DNA from: an uncultured Verrucomicrobiae bacterium
GTDB taxonomy: Bacteria > Verrucomicrobiota > Verrucomicrobiia > Chthoniobacterales > JAFAMB01
Assembly: GCA_963762565.1 (NCBI GenBank)
Contig: CAVXLD010000011.1
Span: 64,001 to 128,000, forward strand
DNA length: 64,000 nucleotides
Direction: 5' to 3'
Shown here in pieces: positions 39,363 to 48,757 of the stretch (the stretch's first letter is position 1; every line of letters begins with the position of its first letter). A program made the translations under genes and the position numbers. The notes under the pieces are model-generated. The model worked only from the letters and a program-made list of their open reading frames with translations. It searched no databases and was not told the DNA's origin.

Positions 39363-40685
39363 ATGACCCAAAGCACATCAAAACGAAAAATAGCTTTTAT
39401 TGGCGCCGGGAGCACTGTCTTCGCGAAGAATTTACTTGTCGATATTTTGTCGTTCCCTGAATTGGCCGATTCCAAGGTCTGTCTCTTCGATATTGACGCA
39501 GAACGGCTCCGGACATCCGAAATAGTTGCTCGGCGAATCGCTCAGCAATTAAAGGTAGCTCCAGAGATCGAGATAACCACCGATCGCGGACACGCGTTTG
39601 ATGGGGCTACCTATGCCATCAACATGATCCAGGTCGGTGGCTATCGTCCTTGCACGGTCACCGATTTTGAGATTCCAAAAAAGTATAGTCTACGTCAGAC
39701 GATTGCAGACACCCTGGGGATTGGTGGGATAATGCGTGCATTGCGGACGGTGCCTGTCCTGATTGCCATGGGCCACGAAATGGAGCGTCGTTGTCCGGAC
39801 GTTATCCATCTCAATTATGTCAATCCGATGGCGATGAATTGTTGGGCCTTGGCTCGGGCGACTAAGATCAAGACGGTCGGGCTTTGCCATAGTGTGCAAC
39901 ATACCGCTGAAGAGCTAGCTACGGACATTGGCGTCCCTGTTTCCGAGATCAATTATGTCGTCGCCGGGATCAATCACCTTGCTTTCTACCTGAAATTCGA
40001 ACGAAACGGAGAAGATCTATATCCGTTGATTCGGCGCGTAATAGAGGAAGGTGGGGTCCCGGCAGATAACCGGGTCCGGTACGATATGTTCCAGCGCTTA
40101 GACTATTTCGTTACGGAATCCAGCGAACACTTCTCTGAATATGTCCCTTGGTACATCAAGAAAGGTAGAGAAGATCTGATTGAACGGTACAACATTCCTT
40201 TGGACGAGTATCCGCGCCGGTGCGAACGGCAAATCGCAGGTTGGCAACAATTGAGAGACAGCTTGGAACAAACGGATTCGCCTATGGCGCTTGAACGCAG
40301 CGTCGAGTATGGATCAGGTATTATCCATAGCGTTGAGACCGGCCAACCAAGGGTAATCTATGGAAACGTTGAAAACCGCAACCTGATCACGAACCTGCCC
40401 AATGGCTGTTGCGTGGAAGTGCCGTGCCTGGTTGATAAAAACGGTATTCAGCCAGTGCAGATCGGCGCCATCCCTCCGCATCTGGCTGCTCTCATGCAAA
40501 CCAACATCAATGTTCAATCCTTGACTGTAGAAGCAATACTAACCGGCAAACGCGACTATATTTATCACGCGGCGATGTTAGATCCTCACACCGGGGCCGA
40601 ACTAGACTTAGATCAGATTTGGAGCCTGGTTGATGATTTGCTGGCCGCGCATAAAGATTGGCTACCCAAGGAGTTCGCGGGCTAA
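39363..40685 (+). CDS. melA: Alpha-galactosidase, glycoside hydrolase family 4
   Basis: KIAFIGAGSTVF, QTIADTLGIGGIMR, LNYVNPMA, GLCHSVQ, ESSEHFSEY, AAMLDPHT. Confidence 0.93.
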   Translation: MTQSTSKRKIAFIGAGSTVFAKNLLVDILSFPELADSKVCLFDIDAERLRTSEIVARRIAQQLKVAPEIEITTDRGHAFDGATYAINMIQVGGYRPCTVTDFEIPKKYSLRQTIADTLGIGGIMRALRTVPVLIAMGHEMERRCPDVIHLNYVNPMAMNCWALARATKIKTVGLCHSVQHTAEELATDIGVPVSEINYVVAGINHLAFYLKFERNGEDLYPLIRRVIEEGGVPADNRVRYDMFQRLDYFVTESSEHFSEYVPWYIKKGREDLIERYNIPLDEYPRRCERQIAGWQQLRDSLEQTDSPMALERSVEYGSGIIHSVETGQPRVIYGNVENRNLITNLPNGCCVEVPCLVDKNGIQPVQIGAIPPHLAALMQTNINVQSLTVEAILTGKRDYIYHAAMLDPHTGAELDLDQIWSLVDDLLAAHKDWLPKEFAG

Positions 40686-40733
40686 CCAAGAGCCGCGATC
40701 GCCACTCCGTCTACTCAAGTCCACTTTTGTCCA

Positions 40734-41891
40734 GTGTCTCGCTCGACTGCCCACACCGCCCGCACAACCACCAAACGCCAAACGCCAACCGCCAAACGTG
40801 AACCCCCAACCGTGAACCGTGAACCGCGAACTGCGGACCCAGGAGGGCGAACTGCAAACCGCTTAACCAGCCAAGATATCGCTCGAGCTGCTGGAGTGTC
40901 TCGGACCACGGTTTCATTGGTGCTGAACGGTAAAGAAGACACGGGTATTAGCGCCCGGACTCAGGCTAGGGTCTTGGAGACCGCTGCCAGCTTCGGTTAT
41001 GTGCCGAATTCGGCGGCGCGCATGTTAGTGAGTGGCCGGAGCCGGACGCTGGGGTTAATCCTTGCCCATGGAGACCTGATGAGCTTCGACGCTTTTGCGC
41101 CTCCGCTAATGTTCGGGATTAGTCGCGTTTGTAATGCCAGAGGGTACAAACTGTTAATCGAGGCAGTTGAAGGAGAACGCCGGAGAAACGGTTATTTGGA
41201 TTTGGTAAAAAGCAAAAGCATTGATGCACTTATCGTATTGAATTCGAGCGCCGAGGACGAGGGCCTGGCGCGGTTGATTGATTCACAATTTCCGGTGATC
41301 CTCTTCGGTTCGATTGGTCATCCCAAAGAGAATTCGGTCCGGTCCGGGACGGACCGAGCGGCTGAATTGGTTACCCGGCACCTCTTGAAACTGGGTCACC
41401 GCCGAGTGGCACACATCACCTATGCTCCAAAACGGTACACGGGCCCGATGGATCGATTCCACGCCTTTCGGCGAGCTTTGGACAAGGCAGGGGCGCGATT
41501 CGATGAGAAACTGCTGGCCTACGGAGACTTCACCGCCGAGAGCGGATATCGGGCCATGTGGGAAATCCTCAGACGCGACAGGCGGTTCACGGCGCTTTTT
41601 GCCGGCAACGACACCATAGCGGTCGGTGCGATGGCTGCCCTAAGAGAAGCAGGGCTATCGGTTCCCCGCGATGTGGCGGTAGTTGGTTTTGACGATCTTC
41701 CGATTGCTGCTTACTCCCAACCAACTCTGACTACCGTCAACACCGAGCCAATCGTTCAGGGAGAATATGCGGCGTTAGCCGCCTTTGAGTTACTCGATGG
41801 TCGTCGAGTCGGCACCAGAAAATGTAAACTCTCTTTAAACCTAATCCTCAGAGAGTCCTGCGGCGCGAAACTCGCCAAGCGTGAGAAGTGA
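40734..41891 (+). CDS. LacI-family regulator; start uncertain, N-terminus runs through heptamer repeats
   Basis: LTSQDIARAAGVSRTTVSLVLNG, YVPNSAAR, NDTIAVGA, VPRDVAVVGFDD, LILRESC. Confidence 0.92.
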   Translation: MSRSTAHTARTTTKRQTPTAKREPPTVNREPRTADPGGRTANRLTSQDIARAAGVSRTTVSLVLNGKEDTGISARTQARVLETAASFGYVPNSAARMLVSGRSRTLGLILAHGDLMSFDAFAPPLMFGISRVCNARGYKLLIEAVEGERRRNGYLDLVKSKSIDALIVLNSSAEDEGLARLIDSQFPVILFGSIGHPKENSVRSGTDRAAELVTRHLLKLGHRRVAHITYAPKRYTGPMDRFHAFRRALDKAGARFDEKLLAYGDFTAESGYRAMWEILRRDRRFTALFAGNDTIAVGAMAALREAGLSVPRDVAVVGFDDLPIAAYSQPTLTTVNTEPIVQGEYAALAAFELLDGRRVGTRKCKLSLNLILRESCGAKLAKREK

Positions 41892-42429
41892 GAAGTGAGA
41901 GGTGAGAGGCGGCCTAGGGTGTTGGCTCATCCAAATCACCAATGAACACATCGTCGGTTAGCAATGGTTCTTCGTTTACTATTCCTCGATAGTCTGTGTC
42001 GGAGGAGTACTTACAAAAGTCCGCGGCGCGATCGATCATTCGGGCAAGCATTGACGTTATTGAAGACCAATCATTGTCCATTCTTTCGAATCGGTCTAAA
42101 GCGAGATAGCCCATATCAAGGGCATCATCGAGCCACGATTGCGTCTCCGTGGCTTCCCCCAACGCCTCGTCTATCTTGCTAATAAAGGCCGCGCGGTAAC
42201 GGCGTCGCGCCCATCCCTCAGCGATGAGCGCCTTCGTCGCCCGGGCAGAGCGACGAATCTGATCCGTTAGCTCATGCTTCTCCTCGCGGGGAAAAACTCT
42301 TGTTACCTCAAAAATCTCGGAAACCGCTTTTCGAGCGAGCTGATAAACTCTCAAATGACGAAACGATTTCGCAACGCCCATACCCCAACCACCTCTCACT
42401 TCTCACCAATCACCTCTCACTTCTCACGG
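41880..42429. mobile_element. Heptamer-armed fold-back element enclosing a four-helix-bundle gene
   Basis: CGTGAGAAGTGAGAAGTGAGAGGTGAGAGG (41880-41909, contains the LacI stop) faces CCACCTCTCACTTCTCACCAATCACCTCTCACTTCTCACG (42389-42428, 5 nt from the kinase stop). Confidence 0.7.
41914..42381 (-). CDS. Four-helix-bundle protein (23S rRNA IVS protein / Avd-like family)
   Basis: SFRHLRVYQLA...FPREEKHELTDQIRRSA...IAEGW.RR......I..A.GE..ETQSWL. ATG at 42381. Confidence 0.9.
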   Translation of the reverse strand: MGVAKSFRHLRVYQLARKAVSEIFEVTRVFPREEKHELTDQIRRSARATKALIAEGWARRRYRAAFISKIDEALGEATETQSWLDDALDMGYLALDRFERMDNDWSSITSMLARMIDRAADFCKYSSDTDYRGIVNEEPLLTDDVFIGDLDEPTP

Positions 42430-42433
42430 CTAA

Positions 42434-45400
42434 TTATTGTCCCCATTCTTTCTTCAACGAAGTCCTTGCTGCGTTGTGGTCCCGGTCTGCTTGACCTTTC
42501 TCCTTTTGCCACTGGGTGAGCTTTTGCTTCCATTGGGTTTGGGTGGGGCCCGTGGAATTTTTTATCTGGTAGTCGAGATCCTGTTTCTCGGCCCTTAGCG
42601 CATTCTGTTTCGCTGCCCACTCGTTATCAAATAAGCGAAACGCTTGTTCCTTAGCTCTTTCTCGCTGTGCATCAGGAGTTGGTTTTGCTGTTGGCTTCGC
42701 TGTTGCTGCTGCAGTCCGAGATTGAGATTGATAAGTCTGACGCGTTGGCGACGGTGTGCTCCGTTGTCTGGGCGTTGGGGTAGGTCTTGGAGTAGGTCGG
42801 GGATGCGGAGTGGGCCGCGTTCGAGTCGTTTCCTCACGGCTTCTTTCGTGACTCGTCGGCTCCGGAGTTGGAGTGGCGGTTTCAGTTGGCGTCGCGATCG
42901 GAGTCGGTGTTGCGGTTGGGCTTGGTGTTGCCGTAGGAGTTGGTGTTGCGATAGGGGCCGGCGTCGTAGTTGGTGTTGGCAGCACTATCGGGACGATAGG
43001 TTGGGCCGGAGTTGTCGCTACAGTCGCGGCCGGCGAAGGAGTGGGCTTCGGCGTCTCTAATTTCGGAACCGGAGTTGAAACAGGAACCACTGTCGCCATC
43101 GGAGTGCTGCTCGGCGCGAGGGTTGGCGCGGGAGTGACGGACCCAGTGGGGGTTGAGGTAGAGGAGACTAACGACGATTTAACAGGAGTTGCCGAATTGA
43201 ACTGAACATGAAGATCAAAGCGTTGGCCTTCGGCTAGCGACACCGTGTTCATTTTGTCAGGAGCGTTAGCCGCAGCTAATAGAACCTTGTGATTGCCAGG
43301 TGGTAGCAGGGCTTGGGCGGGGAGATGCCCGATTTCTTTGCCGTCAACAAATGCGCGCGCATCCGCTCGGTCGCTGCTAATCATCAGGGTCCCGTAAGAA
43401 TGTTTGAACTGTACCGCAGTAACCCATTGTGGGTCAGGATTGATATTTTGGGTAACCGGCGCCAGGTCTCCAAAGCGCGAGCTGATTTCCAACGGACCAG
43501 AAGGCAAATTCACGGTGAGTGGGGTTTCGCCGAGTTTGGTCTTACCGAGAAAAATGCTGGCTCCAGTGGGATCACTGCTAAGCGTGACATCAGTACCCCG
43601 GAACGTGTGATTGATCTCAGCCGGGTTATTGGCTGTGAGTTCTATGGTTTCTGAATAATCCGGCCAACCCGGTTGGCTTAGGGTAATCTGATATTTGCCC
43701 ACGACTAAGTCTTCGAGGCTAGCAGGTGTTTTCCCCGAGATCGTTTTCTGGTCAGGACCGGTGAGTTTATACGCAACGCCGTTGGGAGTTGTTGTTAGCT
43801 GAATTTTTCCTGACTCCCTGGCCAGAGCGATGAGGCCGAGGTCTGCAGTGGCTCCGTCTTTCACCGAGAACTCAATCGGACGCGTCAGGTAGTTCGGCAT
43901 CGCTAGTTCGATGGTCTGATCACCCACCGGCAGTGCGTAATTAACCAGCGGTGTTTTGCCGATCTCGTGTCCTTGCCAGCGGACCGTTGCGCCCGGCGGC
44001 GAAGAAGAAATTGAAAATGTGCCCGTGGCTGCCCCTTGATTGGCTAATCCGGGTGAAAAGCGCTCGAAGACTTTGTATCCGAAGAAGCCGAGGCCGACAG
44101 CCGCCAAAGCCCAGAGAATCAGGGCAATCGGGCCACGGAACCGTCTCGGCTGGCGCGACGGCGGCACCGCTGGAGTAATCTCGCCTGGGGCAGAACTCGC
44201 GCCAGGCGTAGCCTCCCGGAGTTTAAACGACGGGGCGAAGTCTGGCTCGATCGGCGCCACCTCTTTTGCCGCTCCAGGTAGAGTAACCCCTGACTTCGGC
44301 AGTGGCACATCCACCGCATACTTGATCACTTCTGATTGGAAGTCGCGGCGATTAAAACGTTCCAGCTCCGCAAAAAAGTCGACCGCTGACGGGAAATAAT
44401 CCGGGTCTAGCAATGCCCGTCGTAGCACGGTATTGCCATTTTCCGTTAGCTTGGGCAAAGGGGCAAAACGCGAGACACCCGCTGCTGATCCAGAAGGATT
44501 CGGCACGCCGCCCAAGAGTTCGTACAGCAAGGCGGCTAACTGGCGGACAGGATGGTCCGAAAAAACCAAGTTCGATCCTGTAACCAGTGTTTCTGTTGGT
44601 TCAGCCGGCTGCACATCTGTGCAGAGGTCAAGCGTGTCCGCTTTAACTGAATAGGTTGGCCAAGAACTCAACGGGCTGGGTTGCAAGCTTTCAACGTCCC
44701 TAGCGTCCTCAGCAAATGCGACCAATGTTTTTCGCAGCTTGATCACACCCTTAAGTTCTTGGCGATCAGTCAGGAAATCTAACACCGAGGCGAATGGCCT
44801 GGCTAAAACAAGTACTTCCGGCCAACTTAGCTCACGGCGCACGCGGAGTAGGTCTAATAAGGTAAATCCGTGAATCCATTCACTGACCACAACTAGGGTG
44901 TTCTCGTACTGTTCGACGTCATTTATGGCGACTAGATTCGGGTGCCGGATGTCACGGAGGAAATAGAATTGCTCGGCTTCTCTGGGATCCGAAATCGGGA
45001 GCTGTTTTGGTAGAAAAACTCTTAAGCTCACCGGTTGCTGACTCTGCAAATCGACCGCTCGAAACACCGAGGTATCTGCAGCCCATCTTTGCTTAACTTC
45101 GTAGCGATTAGCAATAATCTGTCCGGTGGAAAACAGAGAATCAGGAATGCTGGCGGACTGGGCTACAGGAAGAGTGAGTGAGGTCGTTGCTGCCATTGGC
45201 TCGACTTCCTTAAGCAACTGATCAAGCGTCTGGCTCAGTTCGAGCGGACTTTGAAACCGGTCTTCCGGGGCCTTGGCGAGCATCTTACGAAGGAGATCAG
45301 CGACCGGTGAAGGCATCTGGCGAAGCACTTCTTCGGGCGGTGGAACCGCCATGTGATCGTAAATGACTTCTGCGATTGACCCTCGGAATGGTGGCTGGCT

Positions 45401-46057
45401 TGTCATCATGAACCACAGGGTTGCGCCTAGAGAATAAATATCCGATCGCAGGTCGACGTTTTGTTCTTTGAGCTGCTCCGGACTGGCAAAGTGGGGTGTA
45501 CCTACAAAGCCTCCCACCGTGATAGCGCCAGACAAATCAGCGCCCACAAGTGATTTTGCTAACCCAAAATCGATTACCTTCACCTGGATATGCTCGTCGT
45601 CCTCGCTGTGAACGAGCATAATGTTTGATGGTTTAATGTCGCGGTGGACCAGTCGTTGTCTTTCGGCCGCGATCAGCGCGCGCGTCACTTGACGAACAAT
45701 GCGCAGGGCCAGATCGAGGCGGATCGGTCCCGTCCGCTGGACTCTGCGTTCGACCGTTTCCCCATCGACATATTCCATCGCATAAAAGAACCCGGCGTCG
45801 GTTTCTCCCAAATGGAATACGCGCGCCACGTTAGGATGGGAAAGTTGAGCGGCGGAACGTGCTTCTCGAATGAAACGCTGTTTGACTGAGTCGCTGGTAA
45901 TAAGTTGAGCGTTTATGACTTTCAGCGCGACGTCGTACCGAAGGTTAGTGTCAAAAGCTTTATAGGTTATACCCATGGCGCCGCGTCCCAGTTCCCACGG
46001 CGTTCCATCCGGCCTCTGCAAAATGCGGAAATGCTGAAAGGAATCGGTATTACTCAT
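42434..46057 (-). CDS. Hanks-type Ser/Thr kinase with degenerate second kinase-like domain, TM, PEGA repeats and a PT-rich tail
   Basis: LGRGAMG, VALKVI, FIREARSAAQLSHPN, HRDIKPSN, DFGLAK, GTPHFASPEQ, DIYSLG. The second domain has HPNLV but no HRD/DFG. SSPPGA.V..G...GKTPL repeats follow. Confidence 0.92.
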   Translation of the reverse strand: MSNTDSFQHFRILQRPDGTPWELGRGAMGITYKAFDTNLRYDVALKVINAQLITSDSVKQRFIREARSAAQLSHPNVARVFHLGETDAGFFYAMEYVDGETVERRVQRTGPIRLDLALRIVRQVTRALIAAERQRLVHRDIKPSNIMLVHSEDDEHIQVKVIDFGLAKSLVGADLSGAITVGGFVGTPHFASPEQLKEQNVDLRSDIYSLGATLWFMMTSQPPFRGSIAEVIYDHMAVPPPEEVLRQMPSPVADLLRKMLAKAPEDRFQSPLELSQTLDQLLKEVEPMAATTSLTLPVAQSASIPDSLFSTGQIIANRYEVKQRWAADTSVFRAVDLQSQQPVSLRVFLPKQLPISDPREAEQFYFLRDIRHPNLVAINDVEQYENTLVVVSEWIHGFTLLDLLRVRRELSWPEVLVLARPFASVLDFLTDRQELKGVIKLRKTLVAFAEDARDVESLQPSPLSSWPTYSVKADTLDLCTDVQPAEPTETLVTGSNLVFSDHPVRQLAALLYELLGGVPNPSGSAAGVSRFAPLPKLTENGNTVLRRALLDPDYFPSAVDFFAELERFNRRDFQSEVIKYAVDVPLPKSGVTLPGAAKEVAPIEPDFAPSFKLREATPGASSAPGEITPAVPPSRQPRRFRGPIALILWALAAVGLGFFGYKVFERFSPGLANQGAATGTFSISSSPPGATVRWQGHEIGKTPLVNYALPVGDQTIELAMPNYLTRPIEFSVKDGATADLGLIALARESGKIQLTTTPNGVAYKLTGPDQKTISGKTPASLEDLVVGKYQITLSQPGWPDYSETIELTANNPAEINHTFRGTDVTLSSDPTGASIFLGKTKLGETPLTVNLPSGPLEISSRFGDLAPVTQNINPDPQWVTAVQFKHSYGTLMISSDRADARAFVDGKEIGHLPAQALLPPGNHKVLLAAANAPDKMNTVSLAEGQRFDLHVQFNSATPVKSSLVSSTSTPTGSVTPAPTLAPSSTPMATVVPVSTPVPKLETPKPTPSPAATVATTPAQPIVPIVLPTPTTTPAPIATPTPTATPSPTATPTPIATPTETATPTPEPTSHERSREETTRTRPTPHPRPTPRPTPTPRQRSTPSPTRQTYQSQSRTAAATAKPTAKPTPDAQRERAKEQAFRLFDNEWAAKQNALRAEKQDLDYQIKNSTGPTQTQWKQKLTQWQKEKGQADRDHNAARTSLKKEWGQ

Positions 46058-46415
46058 GCCGCCATCCTTGCTGAAGTTCCTCCTTGCGCGTGAGCGCTTT
46101 GTTATCCCGATTGCTGAGATTACACAGGGTGCTTCGGCAGGATTTCGGCGTGATTATACGAGCCGGCTTGGAGGTCCTGTCTCTCCTCCACCTACGATAA
46201 CATTCCTTGCCGTTGCCAATGCCAGAGCCCATGGTTCGAACCTGCCGTTGCTCCTACCTTCGTCGCAGCCGAAAATGATTCTGCGAAAAGCATCCGATAA
46301 TGCAAAGAATAAAACGGTTGTAGATTAAACTGGTTGTGAGTGGCACGGGCTGTGCGAGTTACGACAGGCGGTCTATGTTAGGTCCTTCGTTCTCTTCCTT
46401 GGCGTCGTCCTGGTT

Positions 46416-46599
46416 GTGGAGCGCGCCTCGCTTGCGAGGCCGTGGTGAGCAAAGGCACATCGTGATGCACAACCCAACTTCTGTCAGGGCTCAATACCTC
46501 AAACCGGCATCTTAACATCCAAGGGCCAGGCGCGACTATCTGTCTGCCCGATCGTCATCCCTTGCTCACCACGGCCTCGCAAGCGAGGCAGCGCTCCAC
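46416..46599. repeat. REPIN-like doublet of family C
   Basis: GTGGAGCGCGCCTCGCTTGCGAGGCCGTGGTGAGCAA ... TTGCTCACCACGGCCTCGCAAGCGAGGCAGCGCTCCAC. Single copies at 9933, 15605, 24082 and 27664. Confidence 0.85.
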
Positions 46600-46773
46600 G
46601 GTTCCGACCGCGCAGCCCCGTCGTGTAACGCTCCAAGACTCTAGGCTTGTCGCGCCCCGGTTTGCTGCTTAGTATGTTCAAATGCATCGCGTAGACGCGG
46701 TGAGGAAAATGTCCTCTTTCTGGGTTCGACAGCGCTCTTTTTGGCGTAGCGACAACCTGCCATTCCTTTCTAA

Positions 46774-47049
46774 ATGAGCCTGAATACGCGCCGGGTAGCT
46801 GCTGTTATTGTAAAAGGAGTTGAGCTCCGACCGGGAGATCGAGTCAAGATCCAACCGAAACATCACGAGGTCTTTTCCAGCACGGTGCTCACGGGAAAGA
46901 TCGGTGTCATTGAGGCGTTCGAACAAGACACCGAAAGTCGAGTCCACGTTGCTTTGGTGCTGGAGCGGGATGGAGCTGAGGGAGGGGCGGCGCCAAACCG
47001 GCCCGGCGAGCGGTTTTTGTTTACCCTGGACGAAATCGAGCCCGTTTAG
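46774..47049 (+). CDS. Small hypothetical protein, SH3-like barrel
   Basis: GVELRPGDRVKIQP...GKIGVIEAFEQD...VHVALVL...RFLFTLDEIEP reads as a real beta-barrel domain. Confidence 0.55.
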   Translation: MSLNTRRVAAVIVKGVELRPGDRVKIQPKHHEVFSSTVLTGKIGVIEAFEQDTESRVHVALVLERDGAEGGAAPNRPGERFLFTLDEIEPV

Positions 47050-47072
47050 CGGTAGGGCGAGGGCCTGACCCG

Positions 47073-47223
47073 GGAGGGCGCGCTGCCTGTCCGCCATAGC
47101 TTTAGCGACGGAGGATCCCCGCGCGCCACGAAGACGTTCAAGACCTAGAGACGTAATTTAGCCCCACGGTTTCCGAACGTGTGAAGCTCCGGTCATAACG
47201 GATCGCGGGGACGAGATCCCTCC
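47073..47223. repeat. GGAG-REP doublet (family A) with nested palindrome
   Basis: GGAGGGCGCGC[TGCCTGTCCGCCATAGCTTTAGCGACGGAGGA]TCCCCGCGCGCC ... GGATCGCGGGGACGAGATCCCTCC. Confidence 0.8.
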
Positions 47224-47232
47224 CTACGTTGC

Positions 47233-48603
47233 CTACTGCACCTTATACGGCACCAGTTTGCGGCTCGCTATGTCGACCGTAACAGAATCATCTGGTGTTT
47301 TGGCGGCTTCGCCGTCTGAGGATGGATGATATTCGATCCGAAGCTGTTCCTGGTCGGCGATGATTCGTAGATAACCATATTCAGCATCGTCGTAGTTTTC
47401 GAAAACGACTTGGTCTTTTCCGTTCGAAAGAGGCGCTTGAACTGCCGGGGTCCGCAAAGTCGGCATACCCTTCGTCGTTAGGGGTTGAATGGCGTGTCCT
47501 CCGTTACCTGCAACCACAAAAGGCGTCTCCCGGTCGTCGAGAGAACGGGTGAAACGCTGATAGTTATGAGCGTGACCTGACAGGACGGCGTGCGGCCAGA
47601 CCCCAGTACTAGCGCAGGTCGTATCGATGTCCTTCAACATCAGCGGACTCCCGCCGTGCCGCCCGGTATTTATTTTCGGAGATCGCGTTACAGCCACGTA
47701 GGGCGGGTGATGCACCGCGATGATGACTGCCCCGGGGAACTTCTCTTTTTTAACCCGTTGTAACGCAGTCTGTAGATACGTCAATTGAGCGTCTGTCAGT
47801 GAAGGATAAGCGCCATCCTGATCAGAAATCACACCGGGATCTTCCAAACAGTTGCTATAAAGGCCTAGGATGCGAACGAATGGAGCTTCCAGCGTAAAGT
47901 ACACTCCGGGTTGAACTTGTGCAGTTCTCGCTAAACCACCCGATTCTGCCGTCCGGTGCGGTGGTTGTCCAACGGCACAAAAGTTCTCCCGGAAAGCGGC
48001 TAGCGATTCCGCCGAGGAATTTGGCGCCACCATACCGTCGTGATTACCCGGCACTGCAAAAATGGGGGCAGGATAGTTGCGGAACGGGTCGTAGAATTGG
48101 TCGTAGTAGTATTCGGATTCACCGAAGCTGTAGACCACATCTCCCAGGTGATACAAAAATGAGGGAACAGCTCTGGGATCCGCTTCGGTGTAGTCGCTAA
48201 CCATCTTGTCGGCAACCAGCTCCATGTCATGTGGTCCCTTGGTGTTGCCGGTGTCGCCAACTGAGTGGAAGACGACCTGTCCAGCCCTGGTAATAGCATC
48301 TTCGATATCTGATCCCTTCTTTCCAAGTGCGTCTGCCAAAGTTAACCGCGGCTCGGAGTCACTTGCGATCGGGAAAGGAAGCGGCTGTAAAGATCCTTTT
48401 TGGCTGTCTAGAATTTTGTAAGCTTGGCTATCAGACCCATGCTTAACCGTGAATTTAGTGGGATCTGGTGTCGGCGCAGGTTCACCAAATCGTGGTCCGT
48501 TTGTCGGAATTATTTGTGAGTTTTCCGGATTGGAATCAGACGGCACCGAATCTGTCGATGGTTCCGTTGTCCCCGAATCTCTGGATTTAGAACGGCGTGC
48601 CAT
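47233..48603 (-). CDS. Calcineurin-like metallophosphoesterase (purple acid phosphatase-like)
   Basis: VGDTG, HLGDVVY, PGNHDG, AVHHPPY, SGHAHNYQR. ATG at 48603. Confidence 0.88.
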   Translation of the reverse strand: MARRSKSRDSGTTEPSTDSVPSDSNPENSQIIPTNGPRFGEPAPTPDPTKFTVKHGSDSQAYKILDSQKGSLQPLPFPIASDSEPRLTLADALGKKGSDIEDAITRAGQVVFHSVGDTGNTKGPHDMELVADKMVSDYTEADPRAVPSFLYHLGDVVYSFGESEYYYDQFYDPFRNYPAPIFAVPGNHDGMVAPNSSAESLAAFRENFCAVGQPPHRTAESGGLARTAQVQPGVYFTLEAPFVRILGLYSNCLEDPGVISDQDGAYPSLTDAQLTYLQTALQRVKKEKFPGAVIIAVHHPPYVAVTRSPKINTGRHGGSPLMLKDIDTTCASTGVWPHAVLSGHAHNYQRFTRSLDDRETPFVVAGNGGHAIQPLTTKGMPTLRTPAVQAPLSNGKDQVVFENYDDAEYGYLRIIADQEQLRIEYHPSSDGEAAKTPDDSVTVDIASRKLVPYKVQ

Positions 48604-48757
48604 ACGTGGTGTTTTGATGGGGTAACTAAGCCCAACATCGCCTATAACCACGCACCGCGCTTTTCGGAATATGTTACAACATTGCTACTTGACGTGGATC
48701 ATCGGGGGCTTCGTTCTCGTCGTCGTCGTTCTTCTAATGAACATAGGCCCATCGCCG

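Noticed and set aside
41914..42381. Diversity-generating retroelement suggested by the Avd-like gene
   Set aside because: No reverse transcriptase and no template/variable repeat pair differing at adenines. The SBP paralogs differ at all base types.
42760..43160. Pro/Thr low-complexity repeats (also 13130-13230 and 19400-19520)
   Set aside because: These are ordinary protein linkers with varied codons, not DNA elements.
1606..48603. A phosphate-starvation regulon (PhnP-like, phospholipase C, phosphoesterase, TPS operon)
   Set aside because: The genes are scattered and no convincing Pho box was seen.
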